Shown piece by piece: positions 11,796 to 23,068 of a stretch of 64,000 bases of DNA (positions are counted from its first letter, which is position 1; the number at the start of each line of letters is the position of its first letter). The notes below the pieces were generated by a model. That model did no database searches and was not told the DNA's origin. It saw only the letters and a program-made list of their open reading frames with translations. Both the position numbers and the translations under genes were made by a program. The DNA is taken from positions 64,002 through 128,001 of the forward strand of contig WFXF01000041.1 of NCBI GenBank assembly GCA_015490755.1, written 5' to 3'. The DNA comes from Gammaproteobacteria bacterium (GTDB taxonomy: Bacteria; Pseudomonadota; Gammaproteobacteria; JAADGQ01).

Positions 11796-12742
11796 TTGAT
11801 GAACGACAAAATAAAATAGATGACCCTGCAGATTTTGGGCGTGTTGCTGTATTGGCGGGTGGAACATCTGCAGAAGGTGATATTTCACTGAAAAGTGGCC
11901 ATGCAGTATGGCAGGCTTTGTGTGCACGCGGCGTTGATGCGACTTTAATTGATACAGCAATCGAAAAATCAAAACTCTTGCAAAAGCTTGTGGATAATCA
12001 GTTTGATCGAGTTTTTATTGCACTGCATGGACGAGGTGGTGAGGATGGATTGTTGCAAGGTGCTTTGGAAATACTGGATATACCCTATACAGGCAGTGGT
12101 GTTTTAGGTTGTGCCATCAGCATGGATAAAGCGCGTTGTAAAATGGTATGGAAGGGAGCAGGTCTGCCGACACCTGATTTTTATATTTTGGATAGTGCAG
12201 ATGCTTGTCTCCGTGCAGTCGAAAAACTGGGTTTGCCGCTAGTGGTAAAACCTGCGCGTGAAGGTTCCAGTCTGGGGATTACTGTTGTTACAGCACAAGA
12301 GCAGATGGAAGCTGCATGGCATGCGGCATTAGAGTTTGATGATTATGTGATGGCTGAGCGTTGGATTGATGGTGACGAGTATACCGCAGCAATTGTTGAA
12401 GGAAAAAGCCTGCCGTTAGTACGTATTAGCCCTCATGATGGCTTTTATGATTATGCGGCAAAATATGAGGTGGATGATACGCAGTTTTTTTGTCCATGTG
12501 GTTTGTCTGAAGAAGTAGAAGATAAATTCCAAAAAATGGCATTGGAAGCTTTCAATTCCGTAGCTGCCCGAAGTTGGGGGCGGATCGATTTTATGCTCGA
12601 TGCAGCGGGAAATCCTTGGTTAATAGAAGTGAATACTGTGCCTGGTATGACAGATCATAGTCTCGTGCCTATGGCTGCAAAAGTAGCAGGGGTTGAATTT
12701 AATGATTTGGTATGGCGTATTTTGGAAGGTTCTGCGGTATGA
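11792..12742 (+). CDS. ddl: D-alanine--D-alanine ligase
   Basis: LHGRGGEDG, EGSSLG, FYDYAAKY and EVNTVPGMT motifs; start at ATG 11792. Confidence 0.96.
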   Translation: MIDERQNKIDDPADFGRVAVLAGGTSAEGDISLKSGHAVWQALCARGVDATLIDTAIEKSKLLQKLVDNQFDRVFIALHGRGGEDGLLQGALEILDIPYTGSGVLGCAISMDKARCKMVWKGAGLPTPDFYILDSADACLRAVEKLGLPLVVKPAREGSSLGITVVTAQEQMEAAWHAALEFDDYVMAERWIDGDEYTAAIVEGKSLPLVRISPHDGFYDYAAKYEVDDTQFFCPCGLSEEVEDKFQKMALEAFNSVAARSWGRIDFMLDAAGNPWLIEVNTVPGMTDHSLVPMAAKVAGVEFNDLVWRILEGSAV

Positions 12743-13512
12743 TCTGGCGAAAAAACCGTAAAAAAATTAATCGACGTACTCCACTTGAACGAGAGAGACG
12801 TCAGTGGTTGAAGCCTGTTTGGTTTGTGCGAGGCGGTTTGGTTGTAGTCTGTGCAAGCATTATGGTGTGGGGTGCGGTTATGTTATCAGACCCAGGAACA
12901 ATGCCACTAAGAAATATTCAGGTCGAAAGTGAGTTTCGCCATATTGATGCGGATCAGATAAGGAAAGTTGTTGCAAAGTATGCATGGCAGGGGTTTTTGA
13001 GAATCGATACTGACACTATAAAAGCAGATCTAATGGCTGAGCCCTGGATTGCTACGGTAGATATAGAGCGGGTATGGCCTGATGAGTTGTATGTGAAAGT
13101 AACCGAGCATAAAGCAATTGCTCGTTGGGAGGGGGGCGGTTTAATTGATGAGTCGGGCGAATATTTTTCTCCTGATGAAGATACCTTGCCTGAGGGTATG
13201 GTAATGTTTTCTGGAGATATAAACCATGCTCAGGGAATGGCGCAGTATTATATGAAAAACAGAGAGATTATATCTCAGTTGGGCTTGAATATTGTGCAAG
13301 TCAGGCTTGATGAGAGGCATGTCTGGCATATCACATTGAGTAATGGTATGGCTTTGATTTTAGGGCGTAAAGAGAGTATGCAGCGTTTGCAGCGCTTTGT
13401 TCGTTGGTACCCTCAACTGGAAGGAGGCACGATAAAGCAGGTTGATTTACGGTATAGCAATGGTTTTTCAATTCAATGGCAAGAACAAACAGAGGAGGCC
13501 GCAAAAGCTTAA
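12739..13512 (+). CDS. ftsQ: Cell division protein FtsQ
   Basis: Basic N-terminus, one TM, POTRA-like ERVWPD, C-terminal VDLRYSNGF. Confidence 0.94.
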   Translation: MIWRKNRKKINRRTPLERERRQWLKPVWFVRGGLVVVCASIMVWGAVMLSDPGTMPLRNIQVESEFRHIDADQIRKVVAKYAWQGFLRIDTDTIKADLMAEPWIATVDIERVWPDELYVKVTEHKAIARWEGGGLIDESGEYFSPDEDTLPEGMVMFSGDINHAQGMAQYYMKNREIISQLGLNIVQVRLDERHVWHITLSNGMALILGRKESMQRLQRFVRWYPQLEGGTIKQVDLRYSNGFSIQWQEQTEEAAKA

Positions 13513-13542
13513 GCAGTGATGCTTGAGGGAGTGCACATATCT

Positions 13543-14778
13543 ATGTCAAAAAAGTCTGAAAAAGATTTAATTGTAGGTTTGGATATTGGGACCACAAAGG
13601 TTGTCGCCATTGTTTGTGAAGTAGGTGTTGATGGCACGTTAAGCATTATTGGTGAGGGGACTTGCCCTTCACGAGGAATGAAAAAAGGGGTTGTGGTTAA
13701 CCTGGAATCAACGGCGGGATCCATTCAGCGAGCAATAGAAGCAGCAGAATTGATGGCCGGGTGTCAGATTAATACTGTCTATGTCGGTATTGCAGGTAGC
13801 CATATCAGTAGTTTTAATCTGCATGGTATGGTAGCGATTCGTGACAAAGAGGTTACTGAAAGTGATGTATCCCGTGTTGTTGATTCGGCCCGTACACTGA
13901 ATATGCCAAGCGACCAACAGATCATCCATGTTATTCCTCAGGAATATATTATTGATAAACAAGAGGGAATTCATGAGCCAGTGGGTATGGCAGGTGTACG
14001 CCTTGAGACGAATGTTCATTTGGTTTCAGCGGCATTAGGGGCTGCACAAAATATTGAAAAATGTGTGCATCGTTGTGGTCTTGAAGTTGAAGATTTAATT
14101 CTTGAACAATTGGCTTCCAGTTGCGCTGTTTTGAGAGAAGATGAAAAAGAGTTAGGTGTTTGTTTGGTTGATATTGGTGGAGGTACCACTGATATTGCGG
14201 TATTTGCCAATGGTGCAATTCGTCATACAGCTGTGATACCGATTGCAGGTGACCAGGTGACCAATGATATTGCTGTTGCATTGCGAACACCCACTAAATA
14301 CGCTGAAGAAATTAAAATTAAACACGCATGTGCTCTAGCACAAATGGCAGATCCAGAGAGAGAGATTGAGGTGCCCGCCGTAGGCGATAGACCACCACGG
14401 GTTTTGACACATCAAATATTAGCTGAAGTTGTGGAGCCGCGTTATGAAGAGCTGATGCAGCTGATACAGGCAGAGCTCCGGCGCAGTGGTTACGATGATT
14501 TGTTAGGGGCCGGTATTGTTTTAACGGGAGGAAGTTCCAAGGTTGAGGGGTTAGCGACATTGGCTGAAGAGGTTTTTCATCAACCGGTGCGTATTGGTTT
14601 ACCCTCACATGTGAGTGGTTTGTCAGACGTTGTAAAAAATCCGATTTATGCTACGGCTGTCGGGCTTTTACTGTTTGGCCATCAGCAACAGCATCGGAGC
14701 GATAATATGAATCACATAAAAAGTAATAATGATGGTCTGTGGGTAAAAGTGAAAAACTGGTTTCACGGTAGTTTTTAA
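13543..14778 (+). CDS. ftsA: Cell division protein FtsA
   Basis: GLDIGTTK, DIGGGTTD and LTGGSS motifs; C-terminal amphipathic WVKVKNWF. Confidence 0.97.
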   Translation: MSKKSEKDLIVGLDIGTTKVVAIVCEVGVDGTLSIIGEGTCPSRGMKKGVVVNLESTAGSIQRAIEAAELMAGCQINTVYVGIAGSHISSFNLHGMVAIRDKEVTESDVSRVVDSARTLNMPSDQQIIHVIPQEYIIDKQEGIHEPVGMAGVRLETNVHLVSAALGAAQNIEKCVHRCGLEVEDLILEQLASSCAVLREDEKELGVCLVDIGGGTTDIAVFANGAIRHTAVIPIAGDQVTNDIAVALRTPTKYAEEIKIKHACALAQMADPEREIEVPAVGDRPPRVLTHQILAEVVEPRYEELMQLIQAELRRSGYDDLLGAGIVLTGGSSKVEGLATLAEEVFHQPVRIGLPSHVSGLSDVVKNPIYATAVGLLLFGHQQQHRSDNMNHIKSNNDGLWVKVKNWFHGSF

Positions 14779-14836
14779 TGCGGTTCTTTGTCTGAGTCAT
14801 GAGTCGTAGTTGTTTTTAGTTTTAAAGGGGTTGGAT

Positions 14837-16060
14837 ATGTTTGAATTTGTGGATACATGTACGTCAAATGCTGTCATTAAAGTGATTGGTGTTGGTGGAG
14901 GTGGTGGTAATGCTATTGACCATATGGTAATGGCAGGTATGGAAGACGTTGAATTTATCAGTGCAAACACGGACGCTCAGGCTTTAAAAAACTCTTCTGC
15001 AAAAACAATTTTGCAACTGGGTGACAATATTACTAAAGGCTTGGGAGCCGGTGCAAACCCCGATATCGGGCGTGAGGCTGCAAAAGAGGATCGTGAACGT
15101 ATCATGGAGGTTCTTAACGGAGCTGATATGGTCTTTTTAACAGCAGGAATGGGTGGTGGTACTGGTACCGGAGGTATTCCTGTTGTTGCAGAGTGTGCAA
15201 AAGAGCTGGGCATTTTAACGGTTGGTGTCGTGACTAAACCTTTTCCATTTGAAGGGCCAAAGCGTGCAGCTATTGCTAATGAAGGGATTGCCGAGCTTTC
15301 AAAGTATGTTGATTCGCTGATTATTGTGCCGAACTCTCGTTTGTTGGCGGTGCTTGGAAAGAATGCTTCATTGCTGGATGCCTTTAAAAAAGCCAATGAT
15401 GTTTTGAAGGATGCTGTGCAAGGTGTTTCGGAATTAATTACCAAGCAAGGTATGATGAATGTTGACTTTGCTGATGTACGTACTGTTATGTCTGAAATGG
15501 GGATGGCAATGATGGGTTCTGGTGTTGCTCAGGGTGATAGTCGCGCTAAAGAGGCGGTTGAAGCGGCAATGTCATGCCCATTTCTGGAAGATGTTAATTT
15601 ATCAGGTGCGCGCGGTATGTTGGTGAATATTACAGCCGGTCTTGATATGTCTATGGGTGAGTTTGAAGAGATTGGTAATACAGCCAGGGGGCTGGCATCA
15701 GATGGGGCTACAGTGATCGTAGGTACTGTTTTCGAAGCTGATATGGGTGATGAGTTGCGTGTGACAATTGTTGCAACCGGGCTTGATAAGGCGAATCCAG
15801 CCGCGGCTGAAAAAGTTGAAGCTTCAAAAAGAGAGAGTGTTGAAAAGAGTGCACCTGTTGTTGCACCTGAATCTGAAATCTCTGAAAAAGTGGAACGTGA
15901 GCCTGTTCGTTTAAATACTAAAGACGCTGTTGATAATGGCAAGCTTGAATTTGGGGTGTTTAATCCTAATAGAGCACCAAGAATAAATCAGGATCGTCTG
16001 GATCACGACAACCTGGAATATTTGGAAATTCCGGCATTTTTACGTAGGCAGGCAGATTAA
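14837..16060 (+). CDS. ftsZ: Cell division protein FtsZ
   Basis: GVGGGGGN, tubulin signature [10 protein letters not shown]-terminal [13 protein letters not shown]. Confidence 0.98.
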   Translation: MFEFVDTCTSNAVIKVIGVGGGGGNAIDHMVMAGMEDVEFISANTDAQALKNSSAKTILQLGDNITKGLGAGANPDIGREAAKEDRERIMEVLNGADMVFLTAGMGGGTGTGGIPVVAECAKELGILTVGVVTKPFPFEGPKRAAIANEGIAELSKYVDSLIIVPNSRLLAVLGKNASLLDAFKKANDVLKDAVQGVSELITKQGMMNVDFADVRTVMSEMGMAMMGSGVAQGDSRAKEAVEAAMSCPFLEDVNLSGARGMLVNITAGLDMSMGEFEEIGNTARGLASDGATVIVGTVFEADMGDELRVTIVATGLDKANPAAAEKVEASKRESVEKSAPVVAPESEISEKVEREPVRLNTKDAVDNGKLEFGVFNPNRAPRINQDRLDHDNLEYLEIPAFLRRQAD

Positions 16061-16212
16061 GTAGCATGATCCGCTTTATATAGGTAGGTTGTTAAAGGAA
16101 TATTAGGTTTCATTGTGGGGGTGTGCTAACATTTTGCGAATTTTTTGAGGCTTGGGAGTCTTGGTTTAAAGGCTGTCTATAGTAAATGCCGGTTGCAGTG
16201 AGGATGTTGGCT

Positions 16213-17130
16213 ATGATCAAACAACGAACGCTGAAAAATACGATTCGAGCTACAGGGGTTGGATTGCATACAGGTGAAAAAGTATATTTGACTTTAAAGC
16301 CTGCTGCGCCAGATACAGGTATTATATTTCGTCGTGTTGATTTTGATGAGCCTGTTGAGATAACAGCATGTCCTGAAAATGTTGGAGATACACAGCTTTC
16401 TACAACTTTAGTAAAAGGTGATGTTCGTATTTCTACTGTAGAGCACCTTCTATCGGCATTAGCGGGTCTGGGTATCGATAATGCCTATATTGAATTAAGT
16501 GCTTCTGAAGTTCCTATTATGGATGGTAGCGCCGGACCATTTGTATTTTTAATTCAATCTGCGGGCATTGCTGAACAGAATATTCCCAAGCAGTTTATTA
16601 AGATTAAACAACCTGTCGCTGTATATGATGGCGAAAAGTGGGCAAAATTCACCCCTTTCAATGGGTTTAAAGTCTCTTTTTCAATTGATTTTGACCACCC
16701 TGCTTTTCGGGGGCGGGCTCAAAAAGCCGAAGTGGACTTTTCTTCAACGGCTTTCGTTAAAGAGGTGAGTCGTGCGCGCACTTTCGGTTTTATGCGTGAT
16801 TTGGAAATGTTGCAAAAAAACCAGTTGGCATTGGGCGGAAGCCCTGATAACGCCATTGTCATGGACGAACAACGAATTTTGAATGAAGACGGTCTTCGTT
16901 ATGATGATGAATTTGTAAAACATAAAGTACTTGATGCAATTGGCGATCTCTATTTATTAGGGCACAGTTTAATTGGTGAGTTTACAGGCTACAAATCGGG
17001 GCATCATTTGAATAATAAGTTATTGCGTGCATTGGTGGCCGATGAAAGTGCATGGGAGATGGTTACCTTTCAAGGTGGTGAACATGCACCAATCAGGTAT
17101 ATGCAGGCAATTAATAAATCAGAAGAGTAA
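16213..17130 (+). CDS. lpxC: UDP-3-O-acyl-GlcNAc deacetylase LpxC
   Basis: QRTL, STVEHL and HKVLD motifs. Confidence 0.97.
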   Translation: MIKQRTLKNTIRATGVGLHTGEKVYLTLKPAAPDTGIIFRRVDFDEPVEITACPENVGDTQLSTTLVKGDVRISTVEHLLSALAGLGIDNAYIELSASEVPIMDGSAGPFVFLIQSAGIAEQNIPKQFIKIKQPVAVYDGEKWAKFTPFNGFKVSFSIDFDHPAFRGRAQKAEVDFSSTAFVKEVSRARTFGFMRDLEMLQKNQLALGGSPDNAIVMDEQRILNEDGLRYDDEFVKHKVLDAIGDLYLLGHSLIGEFTGYKSGHHLNNKLLRALVADESAWEMVTFQGGEHAPIRYMQAINKSEE

Positions 17131-17147
17131 AAATAAATTTGTGACCT

Positions 17148-17618
17148 TTAATGTTTGCCAGAGTTGTTCGCTCCTCGGTTTGACAATCTCTTGAGCGCAG
17201 CTTTCAAGGTTTCATCTTGTGTACTATTGGCTGCCTGTGCGATGAGTTGGGCACTCTTGTCGGACATCTGTACGACTCTGATCTGCTCCTCCTCAGTCCG
17301 GTATTCCCGAGGGCGAGTTTTGATTCGTATTGAATTCAGTTGCTGAAGCTCTTTATGCTTTTTCATATGGCTCAAAATAGCTGGAATATAAAAGCGAATC
17401 TTGGTGCTCCAGGCAGGTGAATCTGTAATGAGAACAAGGTTTATGCCGCTACGATTCATTTTGATATTGGCGATCTGGCAATGAGGCGCAACATTCGCTG
17501 GTAAAATAGTGCATAAATAACAGGTCAGTTCATTTAGGTAGCTGGCGCGGTCAAGCAGGCTTTTGATCTCCGTTGAAGAGCCAAAGAGCAGTTTGTTGAG
17601 CGGTTTTGGTGAGTTCAT
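17148..17618 (-). CDS. dciA: DUF721/DciA family replicative-helicase operator
   Basis: Antisense between lpxC and secA, a conserved position; SPAWSTKIRF motif; C-terminal LKAALKRL. Confidence 0.8.
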   Translation of the reverse strand: MNSPKPLNKLLFGSSTEIKSLLDRASYLNELTCYLCTILPANVAPHCQIANIKMNRSGINLVLITDSPAWSTKIRFYIPAILSHMKKHKELQQLNSIRIKTRPREYRTEEEQIRVVQMSDKSAQLIAQAANSTQDETLKAALKRLSNRGANNSGKH

Positions 17619-17700
17619 ATTGGTTGCTTGCTTTTCAAGGGTTGAGAATCGTGGCTCTGCCTATATATAAATATAAATTTTTTGGATATTGGTCAATTAA

Positions 17701-20424
17701 ATGATAAGCGGATTTTTAAGCAAAGTTTTTGGTAGTCGTAATGAGCGGTTATTAAAACAGATTCGAAAAACGGTTGTAGAGATCAATGCGCTTGAAGACG
17801 CATACGTTGAACTATCTGACCAGGAGTTGCAAGATAAAACGCTAGACTTTAAACAGCGTCTGGAAAACGGTGCAACGCTTACGGATATTTTGCCTGAAGC
17901 TTTTGCCGTCGTGCGTGAAGCGAGTAAGCGTGTACTGAATATGCGTCATTTTGATGTGCAGCTCATCGGTGCAATTGTACTGCATGAGGGCAAAATCTCG
18001 GAAATGGGCACGGGTGAAGGTAAAACTCTGATGGCGACATTGGTCGTTTACTTGAATGCATTGCTGGGTAAAGGCGTGCATGTTGTTACCGTGAATGATT
18101 ACCTGGCTCAACGTGATGCGACGTGGATGATGCCTCTGTACGAATTTTTAGGATTGACAACTGGCATTATTCTTTCGGGACAGGACTCTGAGACTAAACG
18201 AGCAGCCTATGCTGCAGATATTACATACGGTACCAATAATGAGTTTGGTTTCGATTATCTGCGCGATAATATGGCTTTTAGTCTGGAAGATAAGGTTCAG
18301 CGAGAGCCATTTTTTGCGATCATTGACGAAGTCGATTCAATTTTAATTGATGAAGCGCGTACGCCTTTGATTATTTCTGGCCCTGCGGAAGATAGTTCTG
18401 AGCTCTACAAAAAAATTAATGAGCTGATTCCGAAGCTGACCGAACAGGAAAAGCAGGGTGAGGGCGAGGAAAATGATGGGCCTGGTGATTACTTTCTTGA
18501 TGAAAAGAGTCGTCAGGTCTACCTGACTGAAGAGGGTCATGAGCATGTTGAAAATATGCTGATGGATGCAGGTTTATTGCAAGAAGGTGAAAGTCTTTAC
18601 GACTCTTCAAATATCAGTTTGATGCATCATGTCAATGCTGGCTTGCGTGCCCATACCCTGTTTCAGCGGGATGTGCATTATCTGGTGCAAAACAAACAGG
18701 TTGTGATTGTTGATGAATTCACTGGGCGTACAATGCCAGGAAGGCGCTGGTCAGATGGACAGCATCAAGCGGTAGAAGCCAAGGAAGGTGTGCCGATTCA
18801 GAGTGAAAATCAGACGCTGGCATCCATTACATTTCAAAATTACTTCCGTCTTTATGAAAAGCTGGGGGGTATGACCGGAACAGCCGATACTGAAGCATTT
18901 GAGTTTCAGCAAATTTATGGCTTGGAAGTGGTTATTATTCCGCCGAATCGTCCGAATGCCCGAATTGATATGGCTGACTCGGTTTATTTGACGGCTAAAG
19001 AGAAATATGCAGCGATCGTTGAGGAGATTCGTACATGTATCTCGAATGGTCAGCCAGTCCTTGTTGGAACTGCATCAATCGAGAGCTCTGAAACCCTATC
19101 GGGCTTATTGAAAAAAGAGAAAATTAAACATAGCGTATTGAATGCCAAGCATCATGCCCAGGAGGCTGAAATTATTGCGCAGGCGGGGCGGCCTGGCGTA
19201 TTGACAATTGCAACCAATATGGCCGGTCGAGGTACGGATATTGTATTGGGTGGTAATCTTGAGGTTGAAATTTCTGCATTAAAAAACCCGGATGATAAAG
19301 CTGCTGTTGAACGTTTGCGCAAAGCGTGGGAGGAGCGTCATCAGCAAGTGCTGGATAGTGGTGGTTTGCATATTATAAGTACTGAACGCCATGAATCGCG
19401 CCGAATTGATAACCAGTTGCGCGGTAGATCTGGTCGTCAAGGGGATCCAGGCTCCAGCCACTTTTATTTATCTCTTGAAGACAGCTTGATGCGTATTTTT
19501 GCTTCAGGACGTATTTCTGCATTAATGCAAAAACTAGGGCTTGAAGAGGGTGAGTCAATAGAGCATCCATGGGTCACAAAAGCGATTGAAAATGCTCAGC
19601 GTAAAGTGGAAGGGCATAACTTCGATACTCGTAAACAGTTGTTAGAGTATGATGATGTTGCGAATGATCAACGCAAAGTTATTTACGAACAGCGCAATGA
19701 ATTGATGGCTTCTGAAGATGTCAGTGAAATGATTGGTGTGATGCGCCAGGATGTTGTTTTTTCACTAATTAATGACTATATACCACCTCAAAGCCTGGAG
19801 GAGCAGTGGGATGTTCCTGGTTTGGAAGCGGCTATCGAACGTGAGTTTGGAGAGAAATTTGATATCCGTGGCTGGTTGGATGAGGATGATGATTTACATG
19901 AAGATACGTTGCGAAGCAAAATATTGGATGAGTTGGTAAAAGCACATCAGGAAAAAGAGGCAGGTGCAGGTGCAGCCGTGCTGCGTCACTTTGAAAAGGC
20001 TGTAATGTTGCAAGTGCTGGATAATCTTTGGAAAGAGCATCTGGCGGCTATGGATCACCTGCGTCAAGGTGTTCATTTAAGAGGTTATGCGCAGAAAGAT
20101 CCTAAACAAGAGTTTAAACGTGAAGCCTTTGAAATGTTTGGTATGTTGCTTGAACGCATCAAACATGAAGTTATTGCTATTGTTTCGAAAGTGCAGGTTA
20201 ATACAGAAGCTGATGTTGCTGCCGTTGAAGAGCAGCGTCGTAAGGCCAATCGTTCAATGGATATGAAGCATGAGCAGGCCAGTGCGATAGGTTCTGGCGA
20301 CAATGCTGCTAATGAAAAAGGTGATGAGACCTTTGTACGAAAAGATCGTAAAATAGGGCGTAATGAGCCTTGTCCATGTGGATCGGGTAAAAAATATAAA
20401 CAGTGTCATGGGCGATTGAGTTAG
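17701..20424 (+). CDS. secA: Preprotein translocase ATPase SecA
   Basis: [29 protein letters not shown] motifs; [17 protein letters not shown]. Confidence 0.99.
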   Translation: MISGFLSKVFGSRNERLLKQIRKTVVEINALEDAYVELSDQELQDKTLDFKQRLENGATLTDILPEAFAVVREASKRVLNMRHFDVQLIGAIVLHEGKISEMGTGEGKTLMATLVVYLNALLGKGVHVVTVNDYLAQRDATWMMPLYEFLGLTTGIILSGQDSETKRAAYAADITYGTNNEFGFDYLRDNMAFSLEDKVQREPFFAIIDEVDSILIDEARTPLIISGPAEDSSELYKKINELIPKLTEQEKQGEGEENDGPGDYFLDEKSRQVYLTEEGHEHVENMLMDAGLLQEGESLYDSSNISLMHHVNAGLRAHTLFQRDVHYLVQNKQVVIVDEFTGRTMPGRRWSDGQHQAVEAKEGVPIQSENQTLASITFQNYFRLYEKLGGMTGTADTEAFEFQQIYGLEVVIIPPNRPNARIDMADSVYLTAKEKYAAIVEEIRTCISNGQPVLVGTASIESSETLSGLLKKEKIKHSVLNAKHHAQEAEIIAQAGRPGVLTIATNMAGRGTDIVLGGNLEVEISALKNPDDKAAVERLRKAWEERHQQVLDSGGLHIISTERHESRRIDNQLRGRSGRQGDPGSSHFYLSLEDSLMRIFASGRISALMQKLGLEEGESIEHPWVTKAIENAQRKVEGHNFDTRKQLLEYDDVANDQRKVIYEQRNELMASEDVSEMIGVMRQDVVFSLINDYIPPQSLEEQWDVPGLEAAIEREFGEKFDIRGWLDEDDDLHEDTLRSKILDELVKAHQEKEAGAGAAVLRHFEKAVMLQVLDNLWKEHLAAMDHLRQGVHLRGYAQKDPKQEFKREAFEMFGMLLERIKHEVIAIVSKVQVNTEADVAAVEEQRRKANRSMDMKHEQASAIGSGDNAANEKGDETFVRKDRKIGRNEPCPCGSGKKYKQCHGRLS

Positions 20425-20436
20425 GTTAAGAATAAA

Positions 20437-21657
20437 GTGGCGGTAGGGTTAACTGGATTATCAAAATTATTACCTGTTGATGGCATACGTTTAAGCGCTG
20501 TCAATGCCGGAATCAAGCAGACAGAGCGTGCTGATGTTGTGCTCATTGAGATTGCTGAGGGGGCTAAAACAGCGGCTGTTTTTACACAAAATGCTTTTTG
20601 TGCGGCACCTGTTATTGTTGCTCGTGAATTTCTGGAGTCAATGAGCCCACGTTTTTTATTGATCAATTCCGGTAATGCCAATGCTGGAACGGGTGATAAA
20701 GGGCTGATCTATGCTTATCTCTGCTGTGAGAGTTTGGCCGCAGCTGCAAATTGTCAATCGGCCCGGATATTGCCATTTTCAACGGGTGTGATTGGTGAGT
20801 TATTACCAGTGACTAAAATTCTGGATCAGTTTACATCTTTGCTTGACATGTTATCTGCGGACTCTTGGGCAGAAGCTGCGCATGGCATCATGACTACAGA
20901 TACTGTTGCAAAAGGCCTGTCTCGACAGATAGAAATTGATGGTCAGAAAATTACGGTGACGGGTATTGCAAAAGGGTCTGGAATGATTCGTCCGGACATG
21001 GCAACAATGCTGGCATATATCGCAACCGATGCCGCTCTCTCCCAGGATCTTCTGCAACATTGTCTGGAATCTGCCGTTTCCAGCTCTTTTAATAGCATTA
21101 CGATAGATGGAGATACTTCAACCAACGATGCCTGTGTTTTGATGGCGACGGGTAAAAGTACGCTTCCTGAAATAACTGATATAACATCAAAAGAGTACAC
21201 TCTTCTGGAAAAGGCTGTGAAAGAAGTCTGCGAGTACTTGGCAGCATCAATTATCCGTGATGGTGAGGGAAGTACAAAGTTTGTCACAGTAGAAGTATTT
21301 GAAGGTCAAAGTGAAGCAGAGTGTCGTGAGGTTGCTTATACTGTTGCACAATCTCCATTGGTCAAAACAGCGCTATTTGCCAGTGATCCTAATTGGGGGC
21401 GAATATTGGCTGCGGTCGGACGCGCAGGTATCGCTAATCTTGATGTAGATTTAATCTCAATATATCTGGGTGAAGTTTGTATTGTTCGTAAAGGTGGGCG
21501 TGCCGCTGAGTATACTGAGTCTGCAGGTGTTGATGTGATGGCAGATGATGAAATTACTATACGAATTAATCTGGGTAGGGGCGATGCCCAGGCACGAATC
21601 TGGACGAATGATCTCTCCTATGATTATGTACGTATTAATGCGGAATATCGAACTTGA
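20437..21657 (+). CDS. argJ: Bifunctional ornithine acetyltransferase/N-acetylglutamate synthase ArgJ
   Basis: GNANAGTG, KGSGMIRPDMATML (autocleavage), DGDTSTND, C-terminal INAEYRT. Confidence 0.97.
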   Translation: MAVGLTGLSKLLPVDGIRLSAVNAGIKQTERADVVLIEIAEGAKTAAVFTQNAFCAAPVIVAREFLESMSPRFLLINSGNANAGTGDKGLIYAYLCCESLAAAANCQSARILPFSTGVIGELLPVTKILDQFTSLLDMLSADSWAEAAHGIMTTDTVAKGLSRQIEIDGQKITVTGIAKGSGMIRPDMATMLAYIATDAALSQDLLQHCLESAVSSSFNSITIDGDTSTNDACVLMATGKSTLPEITDITSKEYTLLEKAVKEVCEYLAASIIRDGEGSTKFVTVEVFEGQSEAECREVAYTVAQSPLVKTALFASDPNWGRILAAVGRAGIANLDVDLISIYLGEVCIVRKGGRAAEYTESAGVDVMADDEITIRINLGRGDAQARIWTNDLSYDYVRINAEYRT

Positions 21658-21716
21658 ACCTGATTGCTGTAAAATTTATTAATTCTTAATATTAGCGCTG
21701 AAACAGGAGTTAAATT

Positions 21717-22532
21717 ATGGATATGGTTGTTATATTGGTTGCGGTGGCTTTTTTGGCTGTTGGGATGGTTATTGGTGGTTTTATCGGTGCATCATCTAGT
21801 AAATCGGCAAAAGAAGCGAAAGGATTGCGTAGTGACCTGGATCAGGCTCATGATGAATTAAACGCTTATAAAGAACAGGTGAGGCAGCACTTTTCTCGTA
21901 CTTCTGAACTTGTTAATAATATGACAAGTAGTTATCGGGCAGTGCATGAGCATTTGGCAAGCAGCGCCCAGGATTTATGTGATGGCTCTGTTGAAAATCT
22001 CGATTTGAGGACACCGGAACTGCTGGTATCTTCGGACTCTAAGGGAAAAAACGGGTTGGAAAATTTAGCACCTCCATCAAAAATGGAGGCTAAAGAAAAT
22101 CTGGCAGTAAAAGCACAAGCAGCAAGTGAAGCAGCCGCTTATGATGCCAGAACATTGTTTGAAAAAATTGGAGGTGGCTCCAAGGTTGAAGTGGCTACCG
22201 ATGCATTTGTTGAAAAACTGTCATCAGATGAGCGTACTAAAGAGGTTTATAGTTCTGTCCCAAAATCACAGCATAAGGCATTTCTAACCTTTGCTTTTGG
22301 TGGGGCAGATGATTATAGCGAAAAGGATCTAAAAAAGCTTAATAGTGTACACTTTGATGCTGTGGTGGAACACTTGCGATCAACATTGGGTGAGTTGGAT
22401 ATGTCTCCTAACTTAACTACAGAAGTATTGAATTTAGTTCGAGCGGCTCACCCAGTCATTGATAAAAAGATAGCGGTCGATGGTGTGGCCAAAGCTTCTC
22501 TTAAAAACGAGACGCCACAGGTTTATCATTAA
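21717..22532 (+). CDS. yhcB: YhcB/ZapG (DUF1043) family membrane protein with a C-terminal degenerate group I truncated-globin domain
   Basis: aa1-88: TM plus YKEQVRQHF...YRAVHEHLA (DUF1043). aa146-249: TLFEKIGG...KAFLTFAFGG.D.Y...LNSVHFDAVVEHL (trHb1-like). Confidence 0.85.
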   Translation: MDMVVILVAVAFLAVGMVIGGFIGASSSKSAKEAKGLRSDLDQAHDELNAYKEQVRQHFSRTSELVNNMTSSYRAVHEHLASSAQDLCDGSVENLDLRTPELLVSSDSKGKNGLENLAPPSKMEAKENLAVKAQAASEAAAYDARTLFEKIGGGSKVEVATDAFVEKLSSDERTKEVYSSVPKSQHKAFLTFAFGGADDYSEKDLKKLNSVHFDAVVEHLRSTLGELDMSPNLTTEVLNLVRAAHPVIDKKIAVDGVAKASLKNETPQVYH

Positions 22533-22577
22533 GATTTATGGTGCATAGTAATGAAAGTCCGTTTGGGCGAGGCTTTT

Positions 22578-23063
22578 TTATTTTTTATCCATGACTAGAA
22601 AGCTATAGTCATACGCATTTTGTTCATCTGCCTTATGATCTGTGCGCTCTATCGTAGTCCATTCCTGCAGGTCAAACTCGGGAAAGTAAGAGTCCCCTTT
22701 AAAGTCAGCATGCACTCTTGTTAAATAAAAGCGCTGCGCGAGTGGTAGTACTTGTTTGTAGAGTGATGCCCCGCCGATAATCATCGCTTCTTCTTTAGTG
22801 TCTGCCTTTTGTAAGGCTTCTTCAATAGAGTGCGTAACAATACACCCTTCAGCATGAAAACCTGAATCTCGGGTGATAATAATGTTGGTTCGACCCGGTA
22901 GCGGTTTACCGATCGATTCATAGGTTTTACGCCCCATGAGAACGGGTTTTCCCATCGTTTTACTTCGGAAAAACTTCATGTCAGCAGGAAGTTTCCAAGG
23001 CAGTTGGTTGTTGATACCGATGACTTGGTCATTTCCCATGGCGGCGATAATTGAGATGGTCAT
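22578..23063 (-). CDS. folA: Dihydrofolate reductase
   Basis: IGINNQLPW, MGRKTYES, PLPGR, IIGGA and GDSYFP motifs. Confidence 0.97.
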   Translation of the reverse strand: MTISIIAAMGNDQVIGINNQLPWKLPADMKFFRSKTMGKPVLMGRKTYESIGKPLPGRTNIIITRDSGFHAEGCIVTHSIEEALQKADTKEEAMIIGGASLYKQVLPLAQRFYLTRVHADFKGDSYFPEFDLQEWTTIERTDHKADEQNAYDYSFLVMDKK

Positions 23064-23068
23064 ATATG

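Noticed and set aside
17131..17700. No secM or M23 peptidase between lpxC and secA
   Set aside because: Ordinary lineage variation
548..21287. Many short antisense or out-of-frame ORFs over the dcw cluster, secA and argJ (also 37989-38738 over pgi)
   Set aside because: They lie wholly within well-supported genes and show no recognisable motifs
22554..22587. Terminator between yhcB and folA
   Set aside because: Stem is weak and irregular; plausible but not supportable
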